DNA of 58,659 bases from Chiloscyllium plagiosum (Eukaryota): assembly GCF_004010195.1 (NCBI RefSeq), contig NC_057728.1, positions 48,518,077 through 48,576,735 of the forward strand, in the 5' to 3' direction. The position numbers and the translations under genes were made by a program. Position 1 is the stretch's first letter, and each line of letters starts with the position of its first letter. Under the pieces are notes generated by a model. The model was not told where the DNA came from, ran no database searches, and was given only the letters and a program-made list of their open reading frames with translations. Below are positions 1-13,099 of this stretch, piece by piece.

Positions 1-136
1 TATGCTTATAAGAATATAGGAGCAAATTAAGCCATTGGGCCCATCAAGTCTGCTCCACCAGTCAATCACGGTTGATATGTTTCTCAACCCCATTGTCCTG
101 CCTTCTTCCCATAATCCTTGATCCCCTTACTAATCA
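1..136 (-). mobile_element. CR1-type LINE 3' end fragment
   Basis: Reverse complement resembles the 3' terminus of the CR1 copy at 46890-47033 (ggggttgagaaa...gcctaatttctgctcctat). Confidence 0.75.
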
Positions 137-282
137 ACCCAGTACAAGATACAAAAAGCAGATCCCCACAATTTCATGCCGACTCTTCTTGACATCCATA
201 CAGAGTACCAAACATTCTGAATTTCATGAGACATTTAAACTCCAATAAAAATCAAATCTGAGAAGCTCCACCACAAACTCAC

Positions 283-1916
283 CTGAACTAATTCAGTGTT
301 AACTCCTACATTGACACAGACTCTTGCTAGCTATCATGTTCCTCATCATCATCACTAACAAAATGCTTCTGCCACGCCACCAATTAACAGAACAGCTTTT
401 CACTTCACTTACAATGATTGCTGCACTGAAACTAGCAATAAATTCTTCAGTGTTAAAAAGAATTTTGGTACACATCATTTCATACAAATAACACTTATCT
501 AGTTACAATATAATTTAACTTTCTTTTGAAAAAGAATTCAGCTTGCCATCACAATGGATTTAATCCAAGTTAAGGGAAAAATTCATTGTATGCAGCAATG
601 TTGCAGTTTGTAAATTGACAGATGGGAAGTGGCAACTGACTTTTACCTAAGCCTACAATAGTACAAACAAAGAGATTTGGTAGCTTGCATCCTGCTGAGT
701 TGTATTTCCAAGCTGCCATTTAAAAAAATACCAAATGCACAATGATGAAAATTCAACCTTACTTAATTGACATGAGCTTAATTTGATGTCTACTATCAGA
801 ATCAGCATCTTAATGAAGAACTAAAAACAGAGGACGATATTAGCAATTCCATTGAAGAACATTCTCCAAGAGTTTAACATTTTTAGCCAACTGCAGTTTA
901 GAATTACATTTCCCATAATAAAATGTATAACAATATATGTCACTACAGCTGCAACATCATATGAATTCTGATTCAAACCTTTCCAAGGAGAGGTGAAGTT
1001 GGTTAATTCAGATTCTAGAAATTCCAAGTCAACCACTTGCCATGAAAGTACGTCTTAAGAAGTCATGAAAAACTGGTACGGCTGTGGGTTGGTCTACAAT
1101 ATTTGAGCAAGAATAAGGATGAAGATGCCATTCTTCACTTTAAAAAAAGAAGAGAGTGTCACAGTGAAAAAACAAAATAGTTATGTTGCCAGTTATCTTC
1201 AAATGAACTATTACTATTGAAGTAATCAAACTTTTTGATCTTGAAAAACCAAGTATACTACGCATTAGTCCGTTATAAAGTTTTATTCTTTCCCGATAGT
1301 ATACCCTTTAACATAACACCAAAATCATTGAGAATGTATTCCAATCTTCAATTCTACTCAACATTGAAGTAGGAGTAAATGGTACTCAATGTAGCATCTT
1401 CAAATCATATGTTTCAATTATTCAAATGAAGTGGCTAGGAATCTTGCGAACCAAAGAATTTTTACTCTGGTCTTTCATTAAAGGTCAAATGTTTTACCCC
1501 TTATGCAAGATCACAGAATATCCTGTCAACTTATCTCACAATTTGCTGAAAGCTTCAATAACCCTTAGGGCTTCATTATTTAATGCAGCAGCAATACTTC
1601 TTAATCAATCACTGAAAGATTGTCCTAGCATTGCCACCAGTAATGGACCTGTTCTAAACTCTAACTGTGGCGCAGATCCAATTGGAAGATATCAAATTGA
1701 TCTCTCCAGATGTAACCCACACTTGAAAGGACTAAACCAAACAGTTGCGCTGGGTGTGTTCCGAATTACATGCACAAAATTCAACATGCTGACAAACCCA
1801 TATACTGTACTGCTTTACTGAAATCCTAGTGACAACCAGAGTTCAATAGGGCAGCATTTCTTCAGTCAATACAATGAGCCATTAGTACACTAGTTTTGAG
1901 CAACCTCTTTCATCTT
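283..1916 (-). other. Candidate long non-coding (5'UTR) exon 2 of a host gene running off the left edge
   Basis: Acceptor tttttctcctctccag|AAG at 1917/1916. Strong donor CAG|GTGAGT at 283/282, alternative donor AA|GTAAGG at 763/762. Repeat-free, no long ORF, many short ATG-stop ORFs. Confidence 0.55.
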
Positions 1917-3518
1917 CTGGAGAGGAGAAAAACAGGACTAAGAATATTAAAACACTATTAATTGAAACATTTGAGAGCATGTAAAAGCTTGAGTCATAAA
2001 GATACAATTATGGTTGTAGTAGTGCCCCAATTAAATAGCAAGAGCTACATGATGTAATGGCAAGATTCTCACACACCTGAAAGATAGTCTCAAAATTGTA
2101 ATATAGAGAAAAAGGGTAAAACATCCACTGAACAGTACCATAGTACTACAAGTTCAAATGTGAGAATGCCCACTTACTGTAATAATATTATATCTTTTAA
2201 TTATAGGTAATATATGTATACATACAACTATGAAAACGTTCTTTCTTATTAAGAATATAATCCTTCATGTGGTGCTATCAAAATAATTGAGCATGAAAGT
2301 GAATATAGAAGTTATAAAAGTTCTATTTGTTTAGCAAAGTCAGCACAAATTAGCAATGTTGCTGATGTACAAGTACTACAATTTTAAATCAAATGGGCAT
2401 ATCCTACCATGTCTATAACTACTGCTTTGATACCCATAGTGCTCATTTAAAAGTTTGTAATTGTTAACATATCCAATTATTCTGCAAAGCTATAAGATCT
2501 TGTTTGAAGTTTGTTTCAAGTTGTTCATCATTTACAAAAAAACAAATCTATTCCTTCCTTCTTTAAACCAAGGATTTATGCTATGCCAGAAGTACTTAAA
2601 CATAGTTTGACATCCAATCTTTATTTGTAAATATCAACCCATATCCCTCAAATATTTCTGACAATCTAGAAAAATTATAAGGTGAATCATTTCCCAAATT
2701 AAAACATTTATTGAAGTAGTTGAAATTTGGTAGATTTAGAAAACGAGATTCCTAGTGTGATAGCCCAATATGATTCAATACCTGTCCACTTTAAAATTTC
2801 AGAAAAAAATAACAGGTAAAATTAATAACAGCAAAATATTATTTGGAATAATAAAATTGAATTATAACGTCTAGATGTTCAGCTCTTTCCATCATAAGTA
2901 GGTTAGAAGCAAAACATTTGAAACGTGCGCTAATAAGTAATGGTAGCCACTGAAGCAAGATCCTCATCGCCAACTAGATTTTTTTTAAAATGTCATTTGC
3001 CCTTGGCTGTGCAATACAATTCTGAGACGATCGCCATGCCTTACGTTGTGAATGGACCCGAGGAACTTTCTACAAACAATGGTGTCAGCATGGAACAAAA
3101 CTATGTTTGAAACAAAATATAAATACAACTTCCACCAGCAACTTAAAACAGACAAGTTGCATCCAAAAGGAAAACAAGTAAACATTGTCTGACTGCTTTT
3201 AAAAAACTGAACCAGTAACAGATATATCACGACTACACCAAATTTCTGAAATTGAGCTGAGAACCAATGGGAAATTTGTAGTTATAACTGCGGAAACGCC
3301 AGGCACACCGCTCGGCTCTTGTGGTGTAAAATGTATCCCGATGAAGATGATGATGAGGATGATGATGTAAAGTGTGAAGAGGAGGGCGAAAGTCGGATGC
3401 AAGGCCCAGTGACCTGGGGTGTATGTGTGCGCGCAGGGGTCGGGATCTTACTCTGCTCCCTGGCTCCTCGTTGCTTGGGTTGGCCTGTCCGCTTTTTTTT
3501 GACGGTACTCGATTAAAC

Positions 3519-3519
<1 letters not shown>

Positions 3520-3553
<34 letters not shown>
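3520..3553. repeat. (GA)n microsatellite followed by a G run
   Basis: agagagagagagagagagagagagggggggggg read directly. Confidence 0.95.
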
Positions 3554-3554
<1 letters not shown>

Positions 3555-3750
3555 ATAGTGGAGAGGGAGACTCAGTCAGAGCCCAGACAAAAAAAAGGCA
3601 CAGCAGCCGCCCAAGATCTGCACGGTCAGCCCGCATACCCCGCCGCCGCGCTCGGCAACATTTTCATCGAAAAAGTTGCCGCCGATGCCGAAGGGACGGA
3701 GCTCTGGCGGCTCCGAGCGAGAAATAAAGAAAGAAAACGTTAAAACTTAC

Positions 3751-3900
3751 CGCATGAATTATCTCCTAAAATAACTCCAAGATGGCTGTGTATTGCACCG
3801 GGGATGCTGGGTGCTGCCCTTTACCCTATGACCTTTGGCCTCCCTCCTCTGGAAGCAGGCGAAAGGACGACAACACAAAACAAACAGGTGGAGGCGAGTA
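3751..3900 (-). other. Candidate first exon of the CpG-island gene (5' boundary approximate)
   Basis: Minus strand reads ...cagccatcttggagttattttaggagataattcATGCG|gtaagt, a consensus donor at 3751/3750 inside the CpG island. Confidence 0.6.
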
Positions 3901-5186
3901 ACGGAAGAACCGTTTCCATTTCTTATTATCGGGTTCTGCTTTCACTTCTTTCTTCCCTCTCTTGTTTGGAAACCTTCATTGTGTATTTTACATTCGTGCA
4001 TCATGAGATTTTTTTTTGACAACATTGCGCCAAAATCTCGACAGTTGTGCTGAGGGAGAGGGTTTGTGAGGCCTGGAGCTGGTGATAAATGTGTCTTGGA
4101 CTGAAAAATCATCCTTGTGTATGTTTTACTCTATTTCTGTCTCGAACTGTTTTCGCCACTTCTAAATGATATGCGAATGGCGCAGAACTTTTAACTGAGA
4201 CTGCATACCAGTTTAGCAAAAGACTATCCATTTCTACCTGTCGTCAGTATGCAGTAAATTTGCCTTTTGGGGAATTTTTCTATACCTCGATATTCAAAAA
4301 TGTGGAAGTTATGTCATTTAAGAAGTGGTTTGCTATGTATTTTCTCGGCATAGAAATAGTTTTGAATTTTTTTATTAGTTGCATCTGTGAGGTTTGTGTA
4401 ATTGCATTGGTGTTAATCTTTGAAATTTACTTGTACTGGTGTGATCGTTTATCTATTGTCCAACTGTAATCTTATTTTGATTCATGATTTGATTAATATT
4501 ACATAACAGACGGCTGCAACTAGAAACAAAGCAGTAATGGAGGATTTGTGATGGTGTCATAAATTGTAAGTATAATATTTAACGTAACCAGGATCTAAAA
4601 ATTCAGTACTGTACTTAAATTTGTTTGCTACTTAAAATATCTATTGTTATTTCATATAATGACAGTTGCCTACTATTTTTGAGGTTTTCTTTAGCAGTTT
4701 TGAAAATGATATTGATAGTAACAGATGTGAAGGCAACAGTGACTTTAACTGTGGAGATACACAGCATAACACAGCTGATACTGTCCAATAAAGTATATTT
4801 AGCAAATATCCCATTCAAATAAATGAATAATTTGAATAAGCTTCAATATTCAGTGAGCGCAAATCTATTGTTTTTTCAAATCGTACAATTTTATGCGTGC
4901 AGTATGCTGCAAAGGCCAGCCAGTTGAGTGAAATATAAGTACATGCTGTCCAGACTACCAGCTTCTAATTGTCGCATTATTTATTATCAGATCCAAATAA
5001 TAGTAAATCTAGGTACTGGTAAATATCTATAGAATTATAGATAGAGACAATGACTACAAAACTGTAATTAAAACGTTAAAATGCCAAGAACAAAAGTACA
5101 CTCACCTGCTAACCCAAAATCTGATTACAAAAATAATAAGATTGCAGCTATCAAATCTGATATTATAGTGACTTAAATTGTAGTTG

Positions 5187-5565
5187 TTTTCTAATCAACT
5201 TGTTTAGAGATGTTATTTCTCATCTCTGGAGCTGGTCAGACTTGAACCTGGGCCTCCTGGCTCAGAGGTAGGGGCACTACCACTGTGCCACAAGCACTAC
5301 ATACATTGTAACACCATATTGGATTTTTACCTATTTTTCTAATCAACCTGTCCAGAGATCTTATTAAACACCTCTGAGGCAGATGGGGCTTGAAACCAGA
5401 CTTCTTGGTCCAGGGGTACTATCACTGCACCATAAAAGGGCCCTCAATTTGACCGATTTTTCCCAATCAACCTATTCAGTGATGTTATTACACTCCTCTG
5501 GAGCAAGTGTGACTTGAATCTGGCCCTCCTGGCTCAGAGGTAGAGGCATATCACTGTACCACGAG
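5187..5565 (-). mobile_element. Three tandem copies of a ~105-bp tRNA-derived SINE-like unit
   Basis: Units at ~5187-5295, ~5335-5435 and ~5458-5565. On the minus strand unit 1 has A-box-like tggcacagtgg and B-box-like ggttcaagtc; units 2-3 are diverged versions. Related single copies at ~25955-26197, ~27855-27920, ~29588-29692 and ~36180-36250. Confidence 0.7.
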
Positions 5566-5639
5566 CTTAAGTTTAAGATGCAACACCACACTGGCTTTTT
5601 AATTAGAACCGTTAAACACAAAAATATGCACCATCGAGG

Positions 5640-5930
5640 AAACCATGTGAAATTTACGCATCATTAGTCTTAGCTGGAGTTTTGTGTACGTTATGTACAG
5701 AACATCTTAGAAAGATGTCAAGTCCTCAGGCGGGCGACAAAGGAGATTTGCCAAGATAGTAACTGATTGTGCTGGAACAGATACAAAGGAGATTTACCAT
5801 AGTGTTGACTGAGCAGAGTTTTTTTTAGTAAGGACAGATTGGATAGACAAGAGTTGTTTTTCTTGGAGCAGATGAGACAGGACATGATTGAAAGATATTA
5901 AATTATGAGGGGCATAGATAGTGTAGCAGG
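5640..5930 (+). mobile_element. Highly decayed CR1 fragment
   Basis: Residual similarity to the CR1 RT C-terminal region (ctggagttttgtgtac...agaaagatgtc; ttgtttttcttggagcag). Confidence 0.5.
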
Positions 5931-6040
5931 AAGGCAGGTGGCACCACAATGACAAGCTCTGGCTGTTAATGCCAATATTATTGCTGTGAAGTGCCATTTT
6001 ACGAAATGGGAAGAAATGGAGATCAAATGGCCAGTCAATT

Positions 6041-7585
6041 AGAGTCATGGAGATGTACAGCACGGAAACAGACCCTTCAGTCCAACCCGTCCATGCTGAC
6101 CAGATATCCCAACCCAATCTAGAGCCACTTGCCAGCACCTGGCCCATATCCCTCCAAACTCTTCCTATTCATATCCAGATGCCTTTTAAATGTTGCAATT
6201 GTACCAACCTCCACCACTTCCTCTGGCAGCTCATTCCATACACGCACCACCCTCTGCATGAAAAAGTTGCCCTTGGGTCTCTTTTATATCTTTCCCCTCT
6301 CACCCTAAACCTATGCCCTCTAGTTCTGGACTCCCTGACCCCAAGGGAAAAGATTTTGTCTATTTATCCTACCTATGCCCTTCATAATTTTGTAAACCTC
6401 TATAAGGTCACCCGTCAGCCTCCAACGCTCCAGGGAAAACAGCCCTAGCCTGTTCAGCCTCTTCCTATAGCTCAAATCCTCCAACCCTGGCAACATCCAG
6501 CAGCGGTTAGCACTGCTGCCTCACAGCGCCAGAGACCCGAGTTCAATTCCCGCCTCAGGCGACTGACTGTGTGGAGTTTGCACGTTCTCCCCGTGTCTGC
6601 GTGGGTTTCCTCTGGGTGCTCCGGTTTCCTCCCACAGTCCAAAGATGTGCAGGTCAGGTGAATTGGCCATACTAAATTGCCCGTAGTGTTAGGTAAGGGG
6701 TAAATGTAGGGGTATGGGTGGGTTGCGCTTCGGCGGGTCGGTGTGGACTTGTTGGGCCGAAGGGCCTGTTTCCACACTGTAATGTAATCTAATCTAATCC
6801 TTGTAAATCTTTTCTGAACCCTTTCAAGTTTCACAATGTCTTTCCGATAGGACGGAGACCAGAATTGCATGCAGTATTCCAACAGTGGCCTAACCAATGT
6901 CCTGTACAGCTGCAACATGACTTCCCAACTCCTGTACTCAATGCTTTGACCAATAAAGCAAAGCATACCAAATGCTGCCTTCACTATCCGATCTACCTGT
7001 GACTCCACTTTCAAGGAGCTGTGAACCTGCATTCCAAGATCTCTTGTTCAGTAACACTCCCTAGGTCCTGACCATTAAGTATATAAGTCCTGCTAAGATT
7101 TGCTTTCCCAAAATGTAGCACTGAACATTTATCTGAATTAAACTCCATTTGCCACTCCTCAGCCCATTGGCTCATCTGGTCAAGATCCCGTTGTAATCTA
7201 AGATAACCTTCTTCTCTGTCTACTACACCTCCAATTTTGGTGTAATCTGCAAACTTACTAACTATGTCTCTTATGCTCACATCCAAATCATTTATATAAA
7301 TGATGAAAAGTAGTGGACCCAGCACCAATCCTTGTGACATTCCACTGGTCACAGGCCTCCAGTCTGAAAAACAACCCTCCACCACCACCCTCTGTCTTCT
7401 ACCTTTGAGCCAGTTCTGCATCCAAATGGCTAGTATTCCATGAGATATAACCTTGCTAACCATTTTCCCATGGGGAACCTTGTTGAATGCCTAACTGAAC
7501 TCCATATAGATCATGTCCACCATTCTGCCATCATCAATCCTCTTTGTTACTTCTTCAAAAAACTCAAACAAGTTTGTGAGACATT
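6041..7585 (-). mobile_element. CR1/HER1-like LINE, 5'-truncated, interrupted by a SINE
   Basis: RT fragments GLVLGPLLFIIYINDLD, SKFADYTKIGG, LYRTLVRPLLEYCMQFWSP; the 3' tail matches the other CR1 copies. Confidence 0.93.
6499..6797 (+). mobile_element. HE1-like V-SINE (tRNA head, V domain, CR1-like tail) nested in CR1
   Basis: B box gagttcaattcc, V domain tgtgtggagtttgcacgttctccccgtgtctgcgtgggtttcc, tail (taatc)n. Confidence 0.9.
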
Positions 7586-7749
7586 TATTAAAATTGGAAT
7601 ACTTATCAACAGAAATATTAGGTGGTAGAGAAATGTCTTTTAACTCTGCAAAGGTTTGAAATTCACTTGTTTAATAACTTTAAAGAGACTATTGTTTATA
7701 CGACTACCACTCTTCAGGAATTTTGGAGAGTTTTCAGATGAGAATTTAA

Positions 7750-7963
7750 CCTGAAAATGTGTTGCTGGAAAAGCACAGCAGGTCCGGCAGCATCCAAGGA
7801 ACAGGAGAATTGACGTTTCGGGCATAAACCCTTCTTCAGGAAGAAGGGCTTATGCCCGAAACGTCGATTCTCCTGTTCCTTGGATGCTGCCGGACCTGCT
7901 GCGCTTTTCCAGCAACACATTTTCAGCTCTGATCTCCAGCATCTGCAGTCCTCACTTTCTCCT
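7750..7963. mobile_element. Palindromic PLE terminal-repeat insertion with hammerhead motif
   Basis: Two inverted arms meet at ~7838; 14-bp TSD agatgagaatttaa at 7736-7749 and 7964-7977; arms match the 3' end of the PLE at 18190-18308. Confidence 0.9.
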
Positions 7964-8427
7964 AGATGAGAATTTAAGACTGTTTCATTAGAACTTAATA
8001 CTACAATCATACATTTTTAGAAATAATTCATACAACTGGTAAAGACAGTATTATGGCGGGTGCTATTCAAGAGCAAGTATGAATGAAACAGAATGCCATG
8101 ATCAGAATAAACTTGCGTAGAATGCGGTTGTTCGGAAAATTGGTGCATATTCTATATAAATAAATTATTACAGATGATGTAGCTTTGAAATGGTGTTCAG
8201 AACAATGTTATATTTAAAGAAGATGCAAATACCTCTTCAGGATACCTTTGCATTTTTACTTGTGCAGAAGGTGTGATGAAAACTGTGTTATATATTATGT
8301 TTTTGAAATTTGGATTTGAAAATATATGTAGATGGTCGTGAATCAATTCTGTGAAGGATTTTTTCTTCTTAAAAAGTCAGAAAGGCACTTTTTAACAATG
8401 ATTAAATACGTTATTTCTAAGAAGGCA

Positions 8428-11400
8428 GATAAGAACTAGGAGTGGGAGGAGCCCATCTGGCTCTCTGAGCCTGTGCCACCATTCAGTAGGATCATGGCTG
8501 ATCTTTTCATGGACTCAGCTCCACTTACCCGCCCTCTCACTGTATCCCTTGTTTTTTGAACAATAAAGAAATTATCTATCTTAGCTTTAAAAATATTTAC
8601 TGAAGTAGCATCAACTACTTCACTGGGCAGGGAATTCTGTAGATTTACAACCCTCTAGATGAAGAAATTCTTTCTCAATTCAGTCCTAAATCTGCTTTCT
8701 CTAATTTCGAGACTATGCCCTCTCATCCTAGTTTCACCTGCCAGTGGAACCATCATCTCTTCTTCAATCTTATCTATTCCCTTCATAATTGTATATGTTT
8801 CAATAAGATCCCCTCTCATTCTTCTAAATTCCAATGAATATAGTCCCAGTCTACTCAGTTTCTCCTCATAAGCCAACCCCCTCAACTCTGGAATCAACCT
8901 AGTGAACCTTCTCTGCAGCCCCGCTAGTGCCAGTACATCCTTTCTTAAGTAAGGAGACCAAAACTGCACACAGTAGTCCAGGTGTGGTCTTGCCAGCACC
9001 CTATACAGCTGTGACATAACCTTCCTGCTTTTAAACCCATTCCCTTTGCAGTGAAGGGCAAAATTCCATTTGTCTTCCTAATTACTTGTTGTACCTGCAG
9101 ACCAACCCTCTGTGATTCATGCACAAGGACACCCAGGTCCCACTGCATAGCAGCATGCTGCAAATTCTTACCATTCAAGTAATAGTCCTTTTTACTGTTA
9201 CTCCTACCAAAATGGATGACTTCACATTTATTAACATTTTACTCCGTCTGCCAGACCTTTGCCCATTCACTTGAAGTATCTATGTTCCTCTGCAAAGTTT
9301 CACAGTCCTCTGCCACTTAGTGCCATCTGTAAACTTTAACACACTACATTTGGTCCCCAACTCCAAATCATGTATAAAAATTGTGAATAATTGCAGTCCC
9401 AACACTGATCCCTAAGGCACACCACTAGTGAACAGTGATTGCCAACAGCATTCATTTATCCTCACTCTTTGCTTCCTGCTCATCAACCAATTCTCTCTCC
9501 ATGCTAATACTTTACCCATAATGCCATGCATCTTTATCTTGTGCAGAAGCCTGTTGTGCGGCACCTTGTCGAAGGCCTTTTGGAAATCTAGGTACATCAT
9601 ATCTACTGGGTCACCATTGTCCACCTTGCTCATAATGTCTTCATAGAATTCTAAAAGCTTAATTAGGTATGACCTGCCCTTCATGAACCCATGCTGCATC
9701 TGCTCAACACGACAATTTCTATCTAGCTTCTTGCTGTTTCTTCCTTGATAATAGATTCGAGCGTCTTCCCCACTGCAGAAGTTAAGCTTACCTGTCTATA
9801 ATTCCCCATCTTTTGTCTACCTCTCTTTTTAAACAGTGATGCTACATTTGCTGTTTTCCAATCTGCTGGAATTGCCCCAGAGTCCAGCGAATTTTGGAAA
9901 ATTACAAGTGCACTTGTTATTTCTCCCACCATCTCTTTTAGTACCCTGGGATGCATTCCATCAGGGCCAGGAGATCTATCTATCTTTAGCTCCATTAGCT
10001 TGCCAAACACTACCTCTTCCATAATAATAATTGTTTCTAGGTCCTCACCTACCTTTGTCTCTTTGACAGTTACTGGCATGTTATTAGTGTCTTCAACACA
10101 AAATACCTATTCAATGCCTCGGCCATTTCATATAATCACATAACTAAATGTCCCTTCTCATCCTCTAAAGGACCAATGTTTCTTCAACCACTCTTTATAT
10201 AGAAACCTTTGCTATCTGTCTTTATATTCTGTGCTAGTTTGTTTCACATATTCTATCTTGTTTTTCTTCATAGCTCTTTTTGTGGCTTTCTGTTGACCTT
10301 TGAAGTTTTCCCAATCTTATAGTTTCCTGCTGATCTTGGCCACTTTGTATGCCTTCTCTTTCAATTTGATAGCCTCCCTTATTTCCTTAGACACCTATGG
10401 CAGATTACCCCTTTTCTTACCGTCCTTCCTTTTCACTGGTGTATACTTTTGCTGAGCACTTTGAAAAATTGCTTTGAAAGTCCTCCTCTGCTCATCACCT
10501 GTCCCACCATACAATCTTCATTTCCAGTCTACTTTGGCCAACTTTTCCTTCATCCTATTGTAGTCTCCCTTGTTTAAGCACAGCAACCTGGTATTGCATT
10601 TTATCTTCACACTCTCCATCTGTATTCTAAATTCAACCATACTGTGATCGCTCCTTCCAAGAGGATCCCTAACTATGAGGTAATTAATTATTCCCATCAC
10701 ATTACACAGGACCAGATCTAGGAGAGGCTGCTCCCCTGTCGGTGCCTTTACATACTGTTCAAGAAAACTATCGCTGATAAACTCAACGAACTTCTCCTCA
10801 AGGCTACCCTGACCATGCTGGTTTGACACATCAACATAGATTAAAATCCCCCATGATAATTGCCATACCATTTTTACAGGCATCAGTTATTTCTTTGGTT
10901 ATTGCCTGCCCCAATGTGACGTTATTGTTTGATGGCCTGTAGACTGTGCCTATCAGTGACGTCTTAGAATTTCTAATTTCCACCCAAATGGATTCAACCT
11001 CATTCTCTGTAGAACCTATATCATGCCTCAGCACTGCTTTGATGTTGTCCTTGGAATATCAGAGCTGCACCACCCCCTCTACCTTCCTGTCTGTCCTCCT
11101 GAACAGTCTGGATATTTAACTCCCAGTTGTGACCATCCTGTAGCTATGTCTCAGTAATGGCTAATAAATCATATTAATTTGCGATGTTTTATGCCGTCAA
11201 CCTTGTTACAAATGTTATGAGCATGCTAACCTGCTGCTTATCTTTTTATTTACCATCCTACTTCCTGCGTTTTTCCCTTCCCTTCCCCCCCCCTCACTAG
11301 TTTAAAGTCCTAGTGACCACCCTATTTATCCTTTTCACTAGAACACTGGTTTCAGGTTGTTTCAAGTGAAGACAGTCCCATCAGTACAGGTTCCTCCTGT

Positions 11401-11437
11401 TATGAAACTGATGCCAATGCCCCATGACATGAAACCC
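8428..11437 (-). mobile_element. Long decayed CR1 LINE (ORF1 esterase tail, APE endonuclease, RT)
   Basis: ORF pieces GTVYRP...MGDFN and LGRSDH (APE), RSPGPDGMHPRVLKE, QHGFMKGRS, YLDFQKAFDKVPH (RT). ORF1-like tail at ~11295-11437. Confidence 0.93.
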
Positions 11438-11601
11438 GTCAAGATTTTATAAACCCGTATAAAGTCAACCTTCAGCCTCTGATACTCCAGAGAAAATAGC
11501 TCCAGCCTATTCAGTCTCTCCTTATAATTCAAACCCTCCAACACTGGCAACGTCTTTGCAAATCTTTTCTGAAGCATTTCAAGTTTCACAACGTCTTTCC
11601 T

Positions 11602-12995
11602 AGAGTCATAGAGATGTACAGCATGGAAACAGACCCTTCGGTCCAACCCGTCCATGCCAACCAGATATCCCAACCCAATCTAGTCCCACCTGCCAGCACC
11701 CAGCCCATATCCCTCCAAACCCTTCCTATTCATATACCCATCCAAATGCCTCTTAAATGTTGCAATTGTACCAGCCTCCACCACAGCCTCTGGCAGCTCA
11801 TTCCATAGACGTACCACCCTCTGCGTGAAAATGTTGCCCCTTAGGTCTCTTTTATATCTTTCCCCTCTCTTCTGAACCCTTTCAAGTTTCACAACATCTT
11901 TCCGATAGGAAGGAGACCAGAATTGCACGCACTCAATACTCTGACCAATAAAGGAAAGCATATCAAAGACCTTCTTCACTATCCTATCTACCTGCGACAC
12001 CACTTTCAAGGAGCTATGAACCTGTACTCCAAGGTCTCATTGTTTAGCAACACTCCTTTCCATTAAGTGTATAAGTCCTGCTAGGATTTGCTTTCCTAAA
12101 ATGCAGCATCTCGCATTTATCTGAATTAAACTCCATCTGCCACTTCTCAGCCCATTGGCCCATCTGGTCAAGATCCTGTTGTAATCTGAGGTAACCCTCT
12201 TCGCTGTCCATTACACCTCCAACTTTGGTGTCATCTGCAAACTTACTAACAATACCTCGTATGCTTGCATCCAAATCATTTATGTAAATGACAAAACGTA
12301 GAGGGCACAGCACCGATCCTTGTGGCACTCCACTGGTCACAGGCCTCCAGTCTGAAAAACAATCCTCCACCACCACCCTCTGTCTTGTACCTTTGAGCCA
12401 GTTCTGTATCCAATTGGCTAGTTCTCCCTGTATTCCATGCTAATCGGTCTCCCATGGGGTACCTTGTCGCACGCCTTACTGAAGTCCATATAGATCACAT
12501 CTACTGCTCTGCCCTCATCAATCTTCTTTGTTACTTCTTCAAAAAACTCAATCAAGTTTGTGAGGCATGATTTCCCATGCACAAAGCCATGTTGACTATC
12601 CCGAATCAGTCCTTGCCTTTCCAAATACATGTACATCCTGTCCATCAGGATTCCCACCAACAACTTGCCCACCACTGAGGTCAGGCTCGGTGGCTTGTTC
12701 CCTGGCTTGTCTTTACTGCCCTTCTTAAACAGTGGCACCATGTTTACCAACCTCCAGTCTTCTGGCACCTCACCTGTGACTATCAATGATACAAATATCT
12801 CAACAAGAGGCCCAGCAATCACTCCTCTAGCTTCTCACAGAGTTCTTGGGTACACCTGATCAGGTCTTGGGGATTTATCCACCTTTAACCATTTCAAGGC
12901 ATCTAGCACTTCCTCCTCTGTAATCTGGACATTTTGCAAGATGTCACCATCTATTTCCCTACAGTCTATATCTTCCATATCCTTTCCACAGCAAA
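11602..12995 (-). mobile_element. Nested CR1 LINE, 5'-truncated with internal deletions
   Basis: VPQGSVLCP, SKFADDTKVGG, QHGFVHGKSCLTNL; same 3' tail as the copy at 6041; flanked by tcct on both sides. Confidence 0.9.
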
Positions 12996-13099
12996 TCCTG
13001 TAGCAGAAAGACCAGAATTGACCACAGTATTCCAAAAGTGTCCTAACCCGTATCCTGTACAGCCACACCATTACATCCGAACTCACATACTCAATGCGG

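Larger units (their letters stand above)
3280..3920. promoter_or_regulatory. CpG-island promoter / first-exon region with a YY1-like motif (CAAGATGGC, ~3778-3786)
   Basis: The only clearly GC/CpG-rich non-repeat stretch in the window (cccgccgccgcgctcggc, gccgccgatgccg). It surrounds a consensus minus-strand donor. Confidence 0.7.

Noticed and set aside
1426..1821. 131-aa plus-strand ORF
   Set aside because: No recognisable domain or splice context, and it is antisense to the better-supported minus-strand exon; probably chance.
3319..3743. ORFs in the CpG island, including the acidic DEDDDEDDDV stretch
   Set aside because: Low-complexity, GC-rich and microsatellite sequence in the putative first intron; no ATG or splice support.
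5187..5565. CRISPR-like repeat-spacer array or tRNA gene cluster
   Set aside because: Eukaryotic context, ~105-bp diverged units with SINE heads, no cas genes, no complete cloverleaf.
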